Assembly (NCBI GenBank): GCA_948543815.1
Contig: CAOVHW010000001.1
Coordinates: forward strand, 138,413-202,412
Origin: an uncultured Eubacteriales bacterium
Lineage (GTDB): Bacteria; Bacillota; Clostridia; Lachnospirales; CAMVHY01
Reading direction: 5' to 3'
DNA: 64,000 nucleotides
The notes under the pieces were generated by a model, which saw nothing but the letters and a program-made list of their open reading frames with translations, was not told the origin of the DNA and did no database searches. This document shows, piece by piece, positions 17,363 to 25,706 of the stretch. Every line of letters starts with the position of its first letter. Position 1 is the stretch's first letter. A program made the position numbers and the translations under genes.

Positions 17363-19837
17363 ATGAAGAAAAAAATTGCTTTTCTCATGGCATCCATTAT
17401 GGCTGTTTCTACAGTTACGATGTCAAAAGTTAATTCCTTTGCTTCTTCTGAAAACAAGTTAAGTAATGGGAATATAACTGTTTCTGAAAAAACTTTGTTC
17501 TATGAGCCAGGCGCTGATGTAACAGTTAATGCTTTAATGGACCAAAGTGATGTTAAGTATCTTGCTGAAGCCAATTATTTAAATATTAATTTGGAAGATG
17601 CAATTAAAGCTGATGCTGAATTTAGTATCGAACTTGAAAATGCAAAATTTGCTTTTGATGCTGGAGAGAAATATTTAAAAGATAAATCTCCGTTAAAAGA
17701 TGCTAGTGCATACGATTCAAAAACTGGAGTTTATACAAGAAATGCAAATGCAGATGTTAAACCAGTTGCAGAATTAGGTTACACTTTAACAGTAAACGAT
17801 GAAAATAATGCAACAGTTAAATTAACAAAAGTAGCTAGCGAAAACACAGTTACTGAAGGTACTGAAGCAACAGTAACAGATAGTGCATCAGAAACAGTTA
17901 CTGAAGGCATTATAAAAATTCCGTTGGTAGTTAGAATGGATGAGACTTTAACATCAGGAACTGCAAAGGTAATTGTTAGAGCTGGTAATAGTGGTTTATC
18001 AAGTAATTCACTTGTATTCGCTACAATTTATAAAGGATCTACAACTACTTCTGTACCATCAAGTGACGTACAAACTGGTAAAAACAAAATTGGAATTCCA
18101 AGAATCGTTATCAAAGAAAATGTAGCTGGTTCAATGCGCGTTAGTGATGGTAATGGTTTCTATTTAGAATTGCCAAGTGGTTACTATTTTAGTAAAAAAC
18201 CTGCAACTGAAGATTTCACTTTCGTAAATGTTAGTGTTGCTGATAAAGATGCAGATTTAGTAACTGAACTTACTAGTGGCGGTAGAATATTAAATGTAAA
18301 ATTTAATAAATTCAGTCCTTCTTCAAATGGTTTAATTGGTCAAATTATAATTAAAAATTTAGAAATACTTGCAAATTCTTCAAATGAGTTGAATGGTAGC
18401 GAAGATATTAAAATCACTATCGATAACTTAGGTAGTTCAGAAATGGTAACTTCTCAAGAATTTTTAGCAGGAACTCGTGTAGATTATGGTTTGACTTTCA
18501 AAACTGATGGAACAGTTCCTACTGTTTTAAGTGGTTACTATGATTCTGCAAATTTAATTAATGACAAAACAAAATCAGTTAAAGTAACAGTTTCTGAAGA
18601 AACAGCTGGTTCTTTAATTAATGGTGGTAATTTAATTTTTACTTTATCTGATAGTGTAAAAATTAATGCTGTAAAAATTGAAGACAGAGAAAACATTACT
18701 CAAGCTAACAAAACTTATGCATTAGAAGATAATACTGATGCAAATGTTGAAGTAAAAGCAAACAAAGTAACTTTAAGAAATATTAGATCAACTACTTCAA
18801 CTACTTCAAGCGATAAATCTAAATTCTCAATTTCTTTCTATTTAAGTGTTGAACCTGGTTTTGAAGGAGATGTAAGTGTATCTGTATCTGGAGATGCTAT
18901 TAGAAATAATACTTCTATGGATCCAGTAGTTATTGCAAAAGCTGTTAATCCTTTAGCTGTAACTGTTGCTACAAATTATATTAAACCTGCTCAAACAATT
19001 GAATTATCTGATATAGTTTTAACAGAACAATTAAACAGCAAAGGTTATTCAGCATTAGAAGAAAGCAAAACTGTATCTATTGGATTTGCAAATAATAATC
19101 ATTATTTATCATTTGTTGGAACTCCAACAATAAAAACAGAAAATGGTTTAACAGTAAAAGATGTAAAGACAAGCAACACTTCAAGTGGTTCTATTCTTAC
19201 ATTTACTATCGATGATGCTTCTTCAAAAAATAAAGTTTCTAAGTTAACAATTTCTGGCCTTAAAGTTGCTGCAAGTGCAAGCACTCCACAAGGAACTTAT
19301 GGATTAGTAATGGGGGGAAATGCTGTAGCGGGGAATAGTACCGCAATAGTATCGGGTACGGACAAAGCAACATTTGCAACTGATGGTATGTTAATTGCAA
19401 AATTGCAATACGGTGGAAAAGTTGCAATGAAGATTACAATTGGTGACAAAGTTGCAGTTATAAATGGTCAAGAAGTTGAAATGAAAATGGCTCCATTTAT
19501 TGATGCGGCAACTGGAACAACTTACATGCAAGCAAGTGATATCGTTAAAGCTACAGGAAAAACTTGCACATTCTTTGACAACAGAATTCAAAACGTTGAA
19601 GGAATTGACAAAACATTATTTGTAACATTTGGCGATAGAACTTTTGAAAAAGGAAAATCAATTGTTAAAATTGCTTCTCAAACTCTTCCTGAAACTATGA
19701 CAAATGAGCAAGGAATTGCAGTTAATATGATTATCAAAGATGACTATACTTGCTTACCATTAAGATACTTTGTAGAAAAAGTATTAGGTCAAACAATTGA
19801 CTGGAATGGTACTGACAGTACAGTAACAGTAAATTAA
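17363..19837 (+). CDS. Secreted cell-surface (S-layer-like) protein with a C-terminal copper-amine-oxidase-N-terminal-like (stalk) domain
   Basis: Signal peptide MKKKIAFLMASIMAVSTVTMSKVNSFA. T/S/V-rich beta-type body. C-terminus CLPLRYFVEKVLGQTIDWNGTDSTVTV. Strong SD AAGGAGG and a strong terminator. Confidence 0.7.
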   Translation: MKKKIAFLMASIMAVSTVTMSKVNSFASSENKLSNGNITVSEKTLFYEPGADVTVNALMDQSDVKYLAEANYLNINLEDAIKADAEFSIELENAKFAFDAGEKYLKDKSPLKDASAYDSKTGVYTRNANADVKPVAELGYTLTVNDENNATVKLTKVASENTVTEGTEATVTDSASETVTEGIIKIPLVVRMDETLTSGTAKVIVRAGNSGLSSNSLVFATIYKGSTTTSVPSSDVQTGKNKIGIPRIVIKENVAGSMRVSDGNGFYLELPSGYYFSKKPATEDFTFVNVSVADKDADLVTELTSGGRILNVKFNKFSPSSNGLIGQIIIKNLEILANSSNELNGSEDIKITIDNLGSSEMVTSQEFLAGTRVDYGLTFKTDGTVPTVLSGYYDSANLINDKTKSVKVTVSEETAGSLINGGNLIFTLSDSVKINAVKIEDRENITQANKTYALEDNTDANVEVKANKVTLRNIRSTTSTTSSDKSKFSISFYLSVEPGFEGDVSVSVSGDAIRNNTSMDPVVIAKAVNPLAVTVATNYIKPAQTIELSDIVLTEQLNSKGYSALEESKTVSIGFANNNHYLSFVGTPTIKTENGLTVKDVKTSNTSSGSILTFTIDDASSKNKVSKLTISGLKVAASASTPQGTYGLVMGGNAVAGNSTAIVSGTDKATFATDGMLIAKLQYGGKVAMKITIGDKVAVINGQEVEMKMAPFIDAATGTTYMQASDIVKATGKTCTFFDNRIQNVEGIDKTLFVTFGDRTFEKGKSIVKIASQTLPETMTNEQGIAVNMIIKDDYTCLPLRYFVEKVLGQTIDWNGTDSTVTVN

Positions 19838-19848
19838 TTTTTAAAATA

Positions 19849-19876
19849 AAAAAGCTCCTCAAAAGGGAGCTTTTTT
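19849..19876 (+). terminator. Intrinsic terminator
   Basis: AAAAGCTCC-TCAAAAG-GGAGCTTTT plus a T-run. Confidence 0.8.
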
Positions 19877-19900
19877 AATAAGTATAAGGAGGGAAATTTT

Positions 19901-20590
19901 ATGCATAAAAAATCATTTGTTTCAGGATTTCTTATTGCTTCAGTTATATTTGGTTCACAACAAATTTTTGCGGTTGGCGGAAAAGTTCAAGCTTATTTAT
20001 GTGATAATTGCAATATTGAGGTTGATGAAGTTAAACTTAATTTGCCAGACGGTATGCGAATTTTAAATTTTGGTGACCGAACTTATACTCCCGCACGTTT
20101 AATTGCAGAAGCTATGGGTGGTACAGTTAAGTGGGATGATTCAACTAAAACTGTAAAAATAACTAAGCCTGAGCCTAAAGTTGTTGAAAAAATTATTGAG
20201 AAGATAGTTGAAGTTCCTGTTGAATCTGAAACTTTTTATCAAAATGTTCCACTTAAAATTGTAAAAAATAATTTTATCTTAAAAGTAAATGGCATCAGTT
20301 CGCGTGATAATTTGACATATATTTATTTGGATGCCGAAAATAAATCTGGTGAAGCTGCCGAAGTTGATTACAGTAATGCGAAAATAAAATCGGGTCAAGA
20401 TGTTTACTCAACAAATATTATGTCAGTTACCGATTGGGGCAACAGTATGGATGTCAATGAAAAACGTGAGGGCAAGGTTATGGTATTCGAAAAAATTTCT
20501 GGAGATAAAATTACTTTGACAATTCCCGTCAAATCTTTGAATACAAACAGTTTTTCTGAAACGTTTGAGTTTAATCTGAAAGTAAACTAA
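19901..20590 (+). CDS. Secreted protein with an N-terminal stalk (copper amine oxidase N-terminal-like) domain
   Basis: Signal peptide. FGDRTYTPARLIAEAMGGTVKWDDSTKTVKI. PEPK linker, then a beta-rich C-terminal half. Confidence 0.55.
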   Translation: MHKKSFVSGFLIASVIFGSQQIFAVGGKVQAYLCDNCNIEVDEVKLNLPDGMRILNFGDRTYTPARLIAEAMGGTVKWDDSTKTVKITKPEPKVVEKIIEKIVEVPVESETFYQNVPLKIVKNNFILKVNGISSRDNLTYIYLDAENKSGEAAEVDYSNAKIKSGQDVYSTNIMSVTDWGNSMDVNEKREGKVMVFEKISGDKITLTIPVKSLNTNSFSETFEFNLKVN

Positions 20591-20600
20591 ATTTGCTGAG

Positions 20601-20627
20601 AAAAATTCGCTTTTGCGAATTTTTTTA
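20601..20627 (+). terminator. Intrinsic terminator
   Basis: AAATTCGC-TTTT-GCGAATTT plus a T-run. Confidence 0.7.
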
Positions 20628-20644
20628 TATAAGGAAGTGATTTT

Positions 20645-21109
20645 TTGTTAAAAATTTTATTTGTTTGTACCGGCAATACTTGTCGTAGCCCAATGGCTGA
20701 ATATCTTGCAAAAAATATTTTTGCTAAAAATAATTTATCTGTACAAACAGCTTCAGCTGGAATTGCAGCAAATATTTCTTCGCCAGCCTCTGAGAATGCG
20801 ATAGCAACAATGAAAAATTTTGGTATTGATATTTCAAATCATAAATCGCAACTTATTTCGCAAAAACTTATTGACAAAAATGATTTTATTTTTACAATGA
20901 CGAATGGCCATAAAAATTTTTTATCGGCAAATTTTCCTAATGCCTCCAATAAAATTTTTACTCTCGCTTCTTTTTCTGATAATCAAAATTATGATATAAT
21001 CGATCCATTTGGTGGCGATATTGAAATTTACAAAAAATGTGCTACGGAAATCTCCGCGCTCATTGAAATTATTGCGGCCAAAATAAAATCCGGAGGGATT
21101 GTAAAATGA
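20645..21109 (+). CDS. ywlE: Low-molecular-weight protein arginine/tyrosine phosphatase
   Basis: LFVCTGNTCRSPMAE (CX5R P-loop) and a DP motif (IIDPFGG). Sits upstream of rpiB-upp, as in Bacillus. Confidence 0.8.
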   Translation: MLKILFVCTGNTCRSPMAEYLAKNIFAKNNLSVQTASAGIAANISSPASENAIATMKNFGIDISNHKSQLISQKLIDKNDFIFTMTNGHKNFLSANFPNASNKIFTLASFSDNQNYDIIDPFGGDIEIYKKCATEISALIEIIAAKIKSGGIVK

Positions 21110-21534
21110 TTGCGATTGGTTGTGATCATGCCGGTTTCGATTTGAAAAAATCTATTACGCATTACTTCGCACAAAATAATATAATCTATAAAGATTTTGG
21201 TACATACTCACATGATTCTTGCGATTATCCTATCTTCGCGAAACGTGTCGCTCGTTCGATATTAAGTGGCGAATGTGAAAAAGGTATTCTCGTTTGCGCG
21301 ACCGGTATTGGCATTTCAATTTGCGCCAATAAATTTAAAGGCATTCGTGCTGCGCTTTGCTCTGATACTTTTTCTGCGCATGCAACGCGTGAACACAATG
21401 ATGCAAATATTTTGGCGCTTGGTGCACGTGTTATCGGCAGTGGCCTTGCACTTGATATCGTAAAAATTTTTTTAGAAACGCCGTTCTCAAATGAGTCAAA
21501 ACATATTGCTAGAATTAATCAAATTGAAAATTAG
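21106..21534 (+). CDS. rpiB: Ribose-5-phosphate isomerase B
   Basis: MIAIGCDHAGFDLK, GILVCATGIGISICANK, REHNDANILALGARV. Confidence 0.92.
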   Translation: MIAIGCDHAGFDLKKSITHYFAQNNIIYKDFGTYSHDSCDYPIFAKRVARSILSGECEKGILVCATGIGISICANKFKGIRAALCSDTFSAHATREHNDANILALGARVIGSGLALDIVKIFLETPFSNESKHIARINQIEN

Positions 21535-21546
21535 GGAGGAAATTTT

Positions 21547-22173
21547 ATGGGCAAACTTATTATTATTGACCATCCGTTGATAAAAAACAAAATTTCTTTA
21601 CTCCGCAATATTAATACGGGGGACAAGGAATTTCGTGAGCTTGTTGAAGAAGTCGCAACATTAATTTGCTATGAGGCAACTCGTGATGTACCGCTTATTA
21701 ATGTAGAAATTGAGACACCGCTATGTAAAACTAATTGTTCTATTATCGAAAAAAAATTCGGTGTTGTTCCGATATTACGTGCGGGAATTGGTATGACTAA
21801 CGGAATTTTACGCCTTATTCCTAATGCAAAAGTTGGACACATCGGCTTATATCGTGATCCCGAAACTTTGAAGCCGGTTGAATATTATTGTAAATTGCCA
21901 GTTGATAGTGCGGACCGTGAAATTCTTTTGACAGACCCAATGCTTGCAACAGGTGGAACTGCCTCGGCCGCAATAAAATTTTTGAAAGAACGCAATGTAA
22001 AACATATCAAGTTGCTTTGTCTCATAAGTACTCCCGAAGGTGTAAAAAAAATTAACGATGAACATCCCGATGTTGACATTTATACTGCCGCGCATGATAA
22101 AGGTTTAAATGACCACGGATATATTTTGCCGGGTTTGGGTGATGCCGGTGACAGATTATTTGGCACAAAGTAA
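21547..22173 (+). CDS. upp: Uracil phosphoribosyltransferase
   Basis: [34 protein letters not shown] (PRPP loop), [17 protein letters not shown]. Confidence 0.95.
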   Translation: MGKLIIIDHPLIKNKISLLRNINTGDKEFRELVEEVATLICYEATRDVPLINVEIETPLCKTNCSIIEKKFGVVPILRAGIGMTNGILRLIPNAKVGHIGLYRDPETLKPVEYYCKLPVDSADREILLTDPMLATGGTASAAIKFLKERNVKHIKLLCLISTPEGVKKINDEHPDVDIYTAAHDKGLNDHGYILPGLGDAGDRLFGTK

Positions 22174-22184
22174 GGTGATTTTTT

Positions 22185-23105
22185 TTGGGATTCTTCAATA
22201 AAATATTAAGTGGGCTTTCAAAAACTCGTGAAAATTTCTGCAATAGACTCGACGATTTATTTGCCGGCTTCCGTAAAATTGATGACGAACTTTTTGATGA
22301 GCTTGAAGAAATTTTAATTACTTCAGATATTGGTATAGAAATGTCTGAAAATATTGTCAGTGCTGTTAAAAAAATTGCTGCTAAACAAAAATGTAATGAT
22401 GCGTCGCAACTTAAACAAATTTTTATCGACGAAATCAAAAATATTTTAGATGAAAACAATTCTGAGTTCGTTTTGAATTCTCCAGCTGTTATCTTGGTTG
22501 TCGGCGTTAATGGCAGTGGAAAAACTACTTCCATCGCTAAAATAGCAAACTTATTTAAAAATCAAGGTAAAAAAGTTATGCTTGCTGCTGCTGATACTTT
22601 TCGTGCTGCTGCAATCGATCAATTAGAAGTTTGGGCAAAAAAAATTGACGTGCCAATCATTAAACATCAAGAAAATGCTGATCCCGGCGCTGTTATTTTT
22701 GACGCAATACAATCAGCTAAGTCAAAAAAGATTGATGTTTTAATTTGTGATACGGCCGGGCGTCTCCACAATAAAGTTAATTTGATGAATGAGCTGAAAA
22801 AAATATTTAAAATTATCAATGAGGAATATCCGAGTGCGCAGCTCGAAGTTTTTATTTCTATTGATGCAACTATTGGACAAAATGCGCTTCAGCAAGTAAA
22901 ATTATTTAATGAGGCCGCAACGCTTACCGGAATAATTTTGACAAAGCTTGAAAGTAGTGCGAAAGGTGGAATCGTTATTCCTATCCAAAACAAATTGCAA
23001 ATCCCAATAAGATTTGTTGGTATCGGTGAAAAATTGGATGATATTCAGGAATTTAATGCGCAAGATTTCGCTACCGCTTTATTTGAAAATCAGGTGTCAC
23101 AATGA
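22185..23105 (+). CDS. ftsY: Signal recognition particle receptor FtsY
   Basis: GVNGSGKTTSIAKIA, DTFRAAAIDQL, CDTAGRLHNK, LTKLESSAKGG. Confidence 0.95.
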   Translation: MGFFNKILSGLSKTRENFCNRLDDLFAGFRKIDDELFDELEEILITSDIGIEMSENIVSAVKKIAAKQKCNDASQLKQIFIDEIKNILDENNSEFVLNSPAVILVVGVNGSGKTTSIAKIANLFKNQGKKVMLAAADTFRAAAIDQLEVWAKKIDVPIIKHQENADPGAVIFDAIQSAKSKKIDVLICDTAGRLHNKVNLMNELKKIFKIINEEYPSAQLEVFISIDATIGQNALQQVKLFNEAATLTGIILTKLESSAKGGIVIPIQNKLQIPIRFVGIGEKLDDIQEFNAQDFATALFENQVSQ

Positions 23106-23566
23106 AAACCGTTACAATTTTTACCGATGGAGCTTGTTCTGGAAATCCTGGGCCCGGTGGCTTTGGCGCTGTAATTATTTATGGTGAAACGCGTCGCGAA
23201 ATCTCGGACGGTTTTAAACTTACAACTAACAATCGTATGGAAATTTTAGCTGTCATCGAAGCCTTGAAAATTTTACGCCAGCCTTGTAATGTTAATTTGT
23301 ATTCCGATTCAAAATATGTTGTCGATGCAATTAAAAAAGGTTGGCTCCAAAAATGGCAGAAAAATAATTGGCTACGTAATAAATCTCAGCCCGTTTCTAA
23401 TATCGATTTGTGGCAGAATTTGCTACCGTTATTACAATTCCATAACGTAAATTTTATTTGGGTTAAAGGTCATAATGATAATCAGGAAAATGAACGTTGT
23501 GACTATCTCGCACGTTCCGCTATTAACTCTCCCACTCTTAATATCGATTTTAATTATTCTCATTGA
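23102..23566 (+). CDS. rnhA: Ribonuclease HI
   Basis: IFTDGACSGNPGPGGFG, NNRMEILA, YSDSKYV, WVKGHNDNQENERCDYLA. The start overlaps the ftsY stop (ATGA). Confidence 0.92.
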   Translation: MKTVTIFTDGACSGNPGPGGFGAVIIYGETRREISDGFKLTTNNRMEILAVIEALKILRQPCNVNLYSDSKYVVDAIKKGWLQKWQKNNWLRNKSQPVSNIDLWQNLLPLLQFHNVNFIWVKGHNDNQENERCDYLARSAINSPTLNIDFNYSH

Positions 23567-23643
23567 TTCTAAAATTTGTTATTTACTTTTTTTTAAAATG
23601 CGTTTATAATGTTATTAGGAATATCTTTGTGGAGGTGGACAAA

Positions 23644-24240
23644 ATGAGAATAGAAAAAATTAGCGATAGAAAATTAAAAATTTTGTTGACCAATGATGAT
23701 TTGAAAAAACGCGATATCAAAATGACTGAACTCGCTTTTGGTACTGATAAAACTCGTGAGCTATTTAAAGAAATGATGAATATAGCAACAGATGAATATG
23801 ACTTCGATGCTGAGGACTCTCAGCTTATGATAGAAGCTATCCCTATCTCCTTAGAAGCTATTATGATTTTAGTAACTAAAATGGATGACGAACAAAAAGA
23901 AAACTTTACGAAAAAAATTAAGTCTAAAAATTTAAAAAAAGATGACTCCCATCTCTCTATCTACGAATTTAATACGATAGATGATGCATCGCTCGTCGCT
24001 AGAGCTCTATTCGGTAGATTTACCGGTGAAAATTTTTTGATGAAAATGAAAGGTAAATATTATTTGTTACTACAAAATGATAATGAACTCGATGAAATCT
24101 CTGATGACGATTTGGATATTATAATTGGTGAATATGGTAAGAAACGCGCTGTTAATTCTTTATCTCGTGCGTACTTCTTTGAACACGGTGAAATGATTAT
24201 CAATAATCCCGCTATTGATATCTTAAGTGAATATTTATAA
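23644..24240 (+). CDS. mecA: Adaptor protein MecA
   Basis: MRIEKISDRKLKILLTNDDLKKRDI N-terminus and an acidic linker. GGAGGTGG SD before ATG 23644; the track start 23563 is an upstream extension. Confidence 0.8.
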   Translation: MRIEKISDRKLKILLTNDDLKKRDIKMTELAFGTDKTRELFKEMMNIATDEYDFDAEDSQLMIEAIPISLEAIMILVTKMDDEQKENFTKKIKSKNLKKDDSHLSIYEFNTIDDASLVARALFGRFTGENFLMKMKGKYYLLLQNDNELDEISDDDLDIIIGEYGKKRAVNSLSRAYFFEHGEMIINNPAIDILSEYL

Positions 24241-24258
24241 TAAATTTACTAAATAAAA

Positions 24259-24390
24259 CCTTACTTTTCTTGAAAGAAAAGTAACCAAAAGAACTTTAAC
24301 AAAAAAATCTTTGCGTGCAATACGCAAAGATTTTTTTATGAAGTTTCTTATTTTGTTTTACTTTTTTCTTTTCAAAGAAAAAAGTAAAGG
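24259..24390. repeat. Composite intergenic element, copy C (inverted order; ~73 nt near-identical to the reverse complement of copy E)
   Basis: CCTTACTTTTCTTGAAAGAAAAGTAACCAAAAGAACTTTAACAAAAAAATCTTTGCGTGCAATACGCAAAGAT, then TTTATGAAGTTTCTT and a second H3-like hairpin TTTACTTTTTTCTTTTCAAAGAAAAAAGTAAA. Confidence 0.85.
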
Positions 24391-24423
24391 TCTTAAATTA
24401 TAGGGGAAAGATTTTTTTTGGCA

Positions 24424-24744
24424 TTAAATTGCATTATGAGTAAAGCTTGCAATTTTACATATCGGAATTTCTGTTACTGAGCCTAACCAATTATTGTTGC
24501 AATTATAATTTCCAGAACAATTATTATTCCAAAATCCAAATGGGTTATATCGAAATCTACATGTGTTCCCTATTGGACATGATGGTGCCGCACCAATTCG
24601 TGTGATTAATTTGATATTATTATCGCAGACTCCTGCTAAAACTCCTGTAAATCCTGAGCCTGATAATCCACCGCTAGTTGTAAAGATCGTAACAGTTTGA
24701 CCGATATACCTTAGTAAATTATCTAATGCAAAACTTTCTGACAT
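24424..24744 (-). CDS. Small Cys/Asn/Gly-rich protein, paralog A of a divergent pair (function unknown)
   Basis: AGGAGGG SD before ATG 24744. Shares YIGQTVTIFTTSGGLSG.GFTGVL, PSCP.G, LGSV..IPIC.IA.FTHNAI with 24911-25228. Confidence 0.75.
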   Translation of the reverse strand: MSESFALDNLLRYIGQTVTIFTTSGGLSGSGFTGVLAGVCDNNIKLITRIGAAPSCPIGNTCRFRYNPFGFWNNNCSGNYNCNNNWLGSVTEIPICKIASFTHNAI

Positions 24745-24819
24745 TTCTATCCCTCCTTTCATATTTTTTTTAGTAATTCATTTTGAATTACTAGTACATT
24801 TTATGGAATTTTATTTTAA

Positions 24820-24845
24820 TTGTTACAAGCTATAGCTTGTAACAA
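24820..24845. promoter_or_regulatory. Perfect 26-bp palindrome in the divergent promoter region (candidate operator)
   Basis: TTGTTACAAGCTA|TAGCTTGTAACAA, read directly. Lies between the two divergently transcribed paralogs. Confidence 0.5.
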
Positions 24846-24910
24846 AAATCACCTGCTTGTCATAAATTATTTTTGGGGCCCCTAAATTTTTTTATTGGAG
24901 GTGATTAATA

Positions 24911-25228
24911 ATGCCTGCATTAATTGAAAATATGTATCGCTATATCGGACAGACTGTTACTATTTTTACTACAAGTGGTGGATTATCCGGCAGAGGTTTT
25001 ACTGGTGTCCTATTATCCGTCGATAATAACAATGTTAGATTATTATGTAACGTTGGCGCATCACCATCTTGTCCACTTGGTAGTGCATGTACAAATCGTA
25101 TGAATTCTTACGGTACGATACAAAATAATTTCTTCTTCGGTAATAATAATTTTAATGGGAACCCACTTGGTTCCGTCGCAATTATTCCTATTTGTTCAAT
25201 TGCATGCTTTACTCATAATGCAATATAG
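24911..25228 (+). CDS. Small Cys/Asn/Gly-rich protein, paralog B of the divergent pair
   Basis: GGAGGTG SD. See paralog A; the identical C-terminal FTHNAI is followed by a terminator. Confidence 0.75.
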   Translation: MPALIENMYRYIGQTVTIFTTSGGLSGRGFTGVLLSVDNNNVRLLCNVGASPSCPLGSACTNRMNSYGTIQNNFFFGNNNFNGNPLGSVAIIPICSIACFTHNAI

Positions 25229-25233
25229 AAAGA

Positions 25234-25262
25234 AAAAAATCCGTACATACGGATTTTTTTTT
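25234..25262 (+). terminator. Intrinsic terminator
   Basis: AAATCCGT-ACAT-ACGGATTT plus a T-run. Confidence 0.75.
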
Positions 25263-25343
25263 ATGCCACAAAAAAATTTTTTCTCTTACTTACTTATATG
25301 TTATAATATGTTAAATTTTATTTATGTAAAGGGGGAATTTTTT

Positions 25344-25694
25344 TTGCCGAATATTAAAAATGATTTTGGAAATATCTTTATTGATAAAGATGTTATCGCT
25401 CGTATTGCCGGCTTCGCCGCTATGGAATGTTACGGTATCGTCGGTATGGCTTCGAAAAATATGAAAGATGGTTTCGTTCAATTACTTAAAAAAGAAAATC
25501 TTACTAAAGGTATTAAATTATATTCCGTTGATAATTTAATTAATCTCGATATGCATATTATTGTTGAGTTCGGTACCAATATCTCAGCTATTATTGATAC
25601 TTTAATTTCTACTGTAAAGTATAAATTAGAGGAAAATTTGGGCTTTATTGTTGATAAAATAAATGTCTTCGTTGAGGGCGTACGCGTTGACTAA
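25344..25694 (+). CDS. Asp23/Gls24 family envelope stress protein (YloU-like)
   Basis: IFIDKDVIARIAGFAAMECYGIVGM is typical of Asp23. AGGGGGA SD before TTG 25344. Followed by yloV, as in Firmicutes. Confidence 0.8.
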   Translation: MPNIKNDFGNIFIDKDVIARIAGFAAMECYGIVGMASKNMKDGFVQLLKKENLTKGIKLYSVDNLINLDMHIIVEFGTNISAIIDTLISTVKYKLEENLGFIVDKINVFVEGVRVD

Positions 25695-25706
25695 GGAGGT
25701 TGTTCT

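Noticed and set aside
22052-22534. 160-aa minus-strand ORF overlapping upp and ftsY
   Set aside because: It is antisense to two genes with unambiguous conserved motifs. The composition is S/I/L/K-rich shadow-frame, and there is no RBS.
25155-25343. Long N-terminal extensions in track ORFs (for example 25155 for the Asp23-like gene, 23563 for mecA, 41655 for rplS, 51879 for the methyltransferase, 34987 for recU)
   Set aside because: The extensions cross terminators or upstream gene ends and lack an RBS. In each case a strong SD sits in front of an internal start that matches the family N-terminus.
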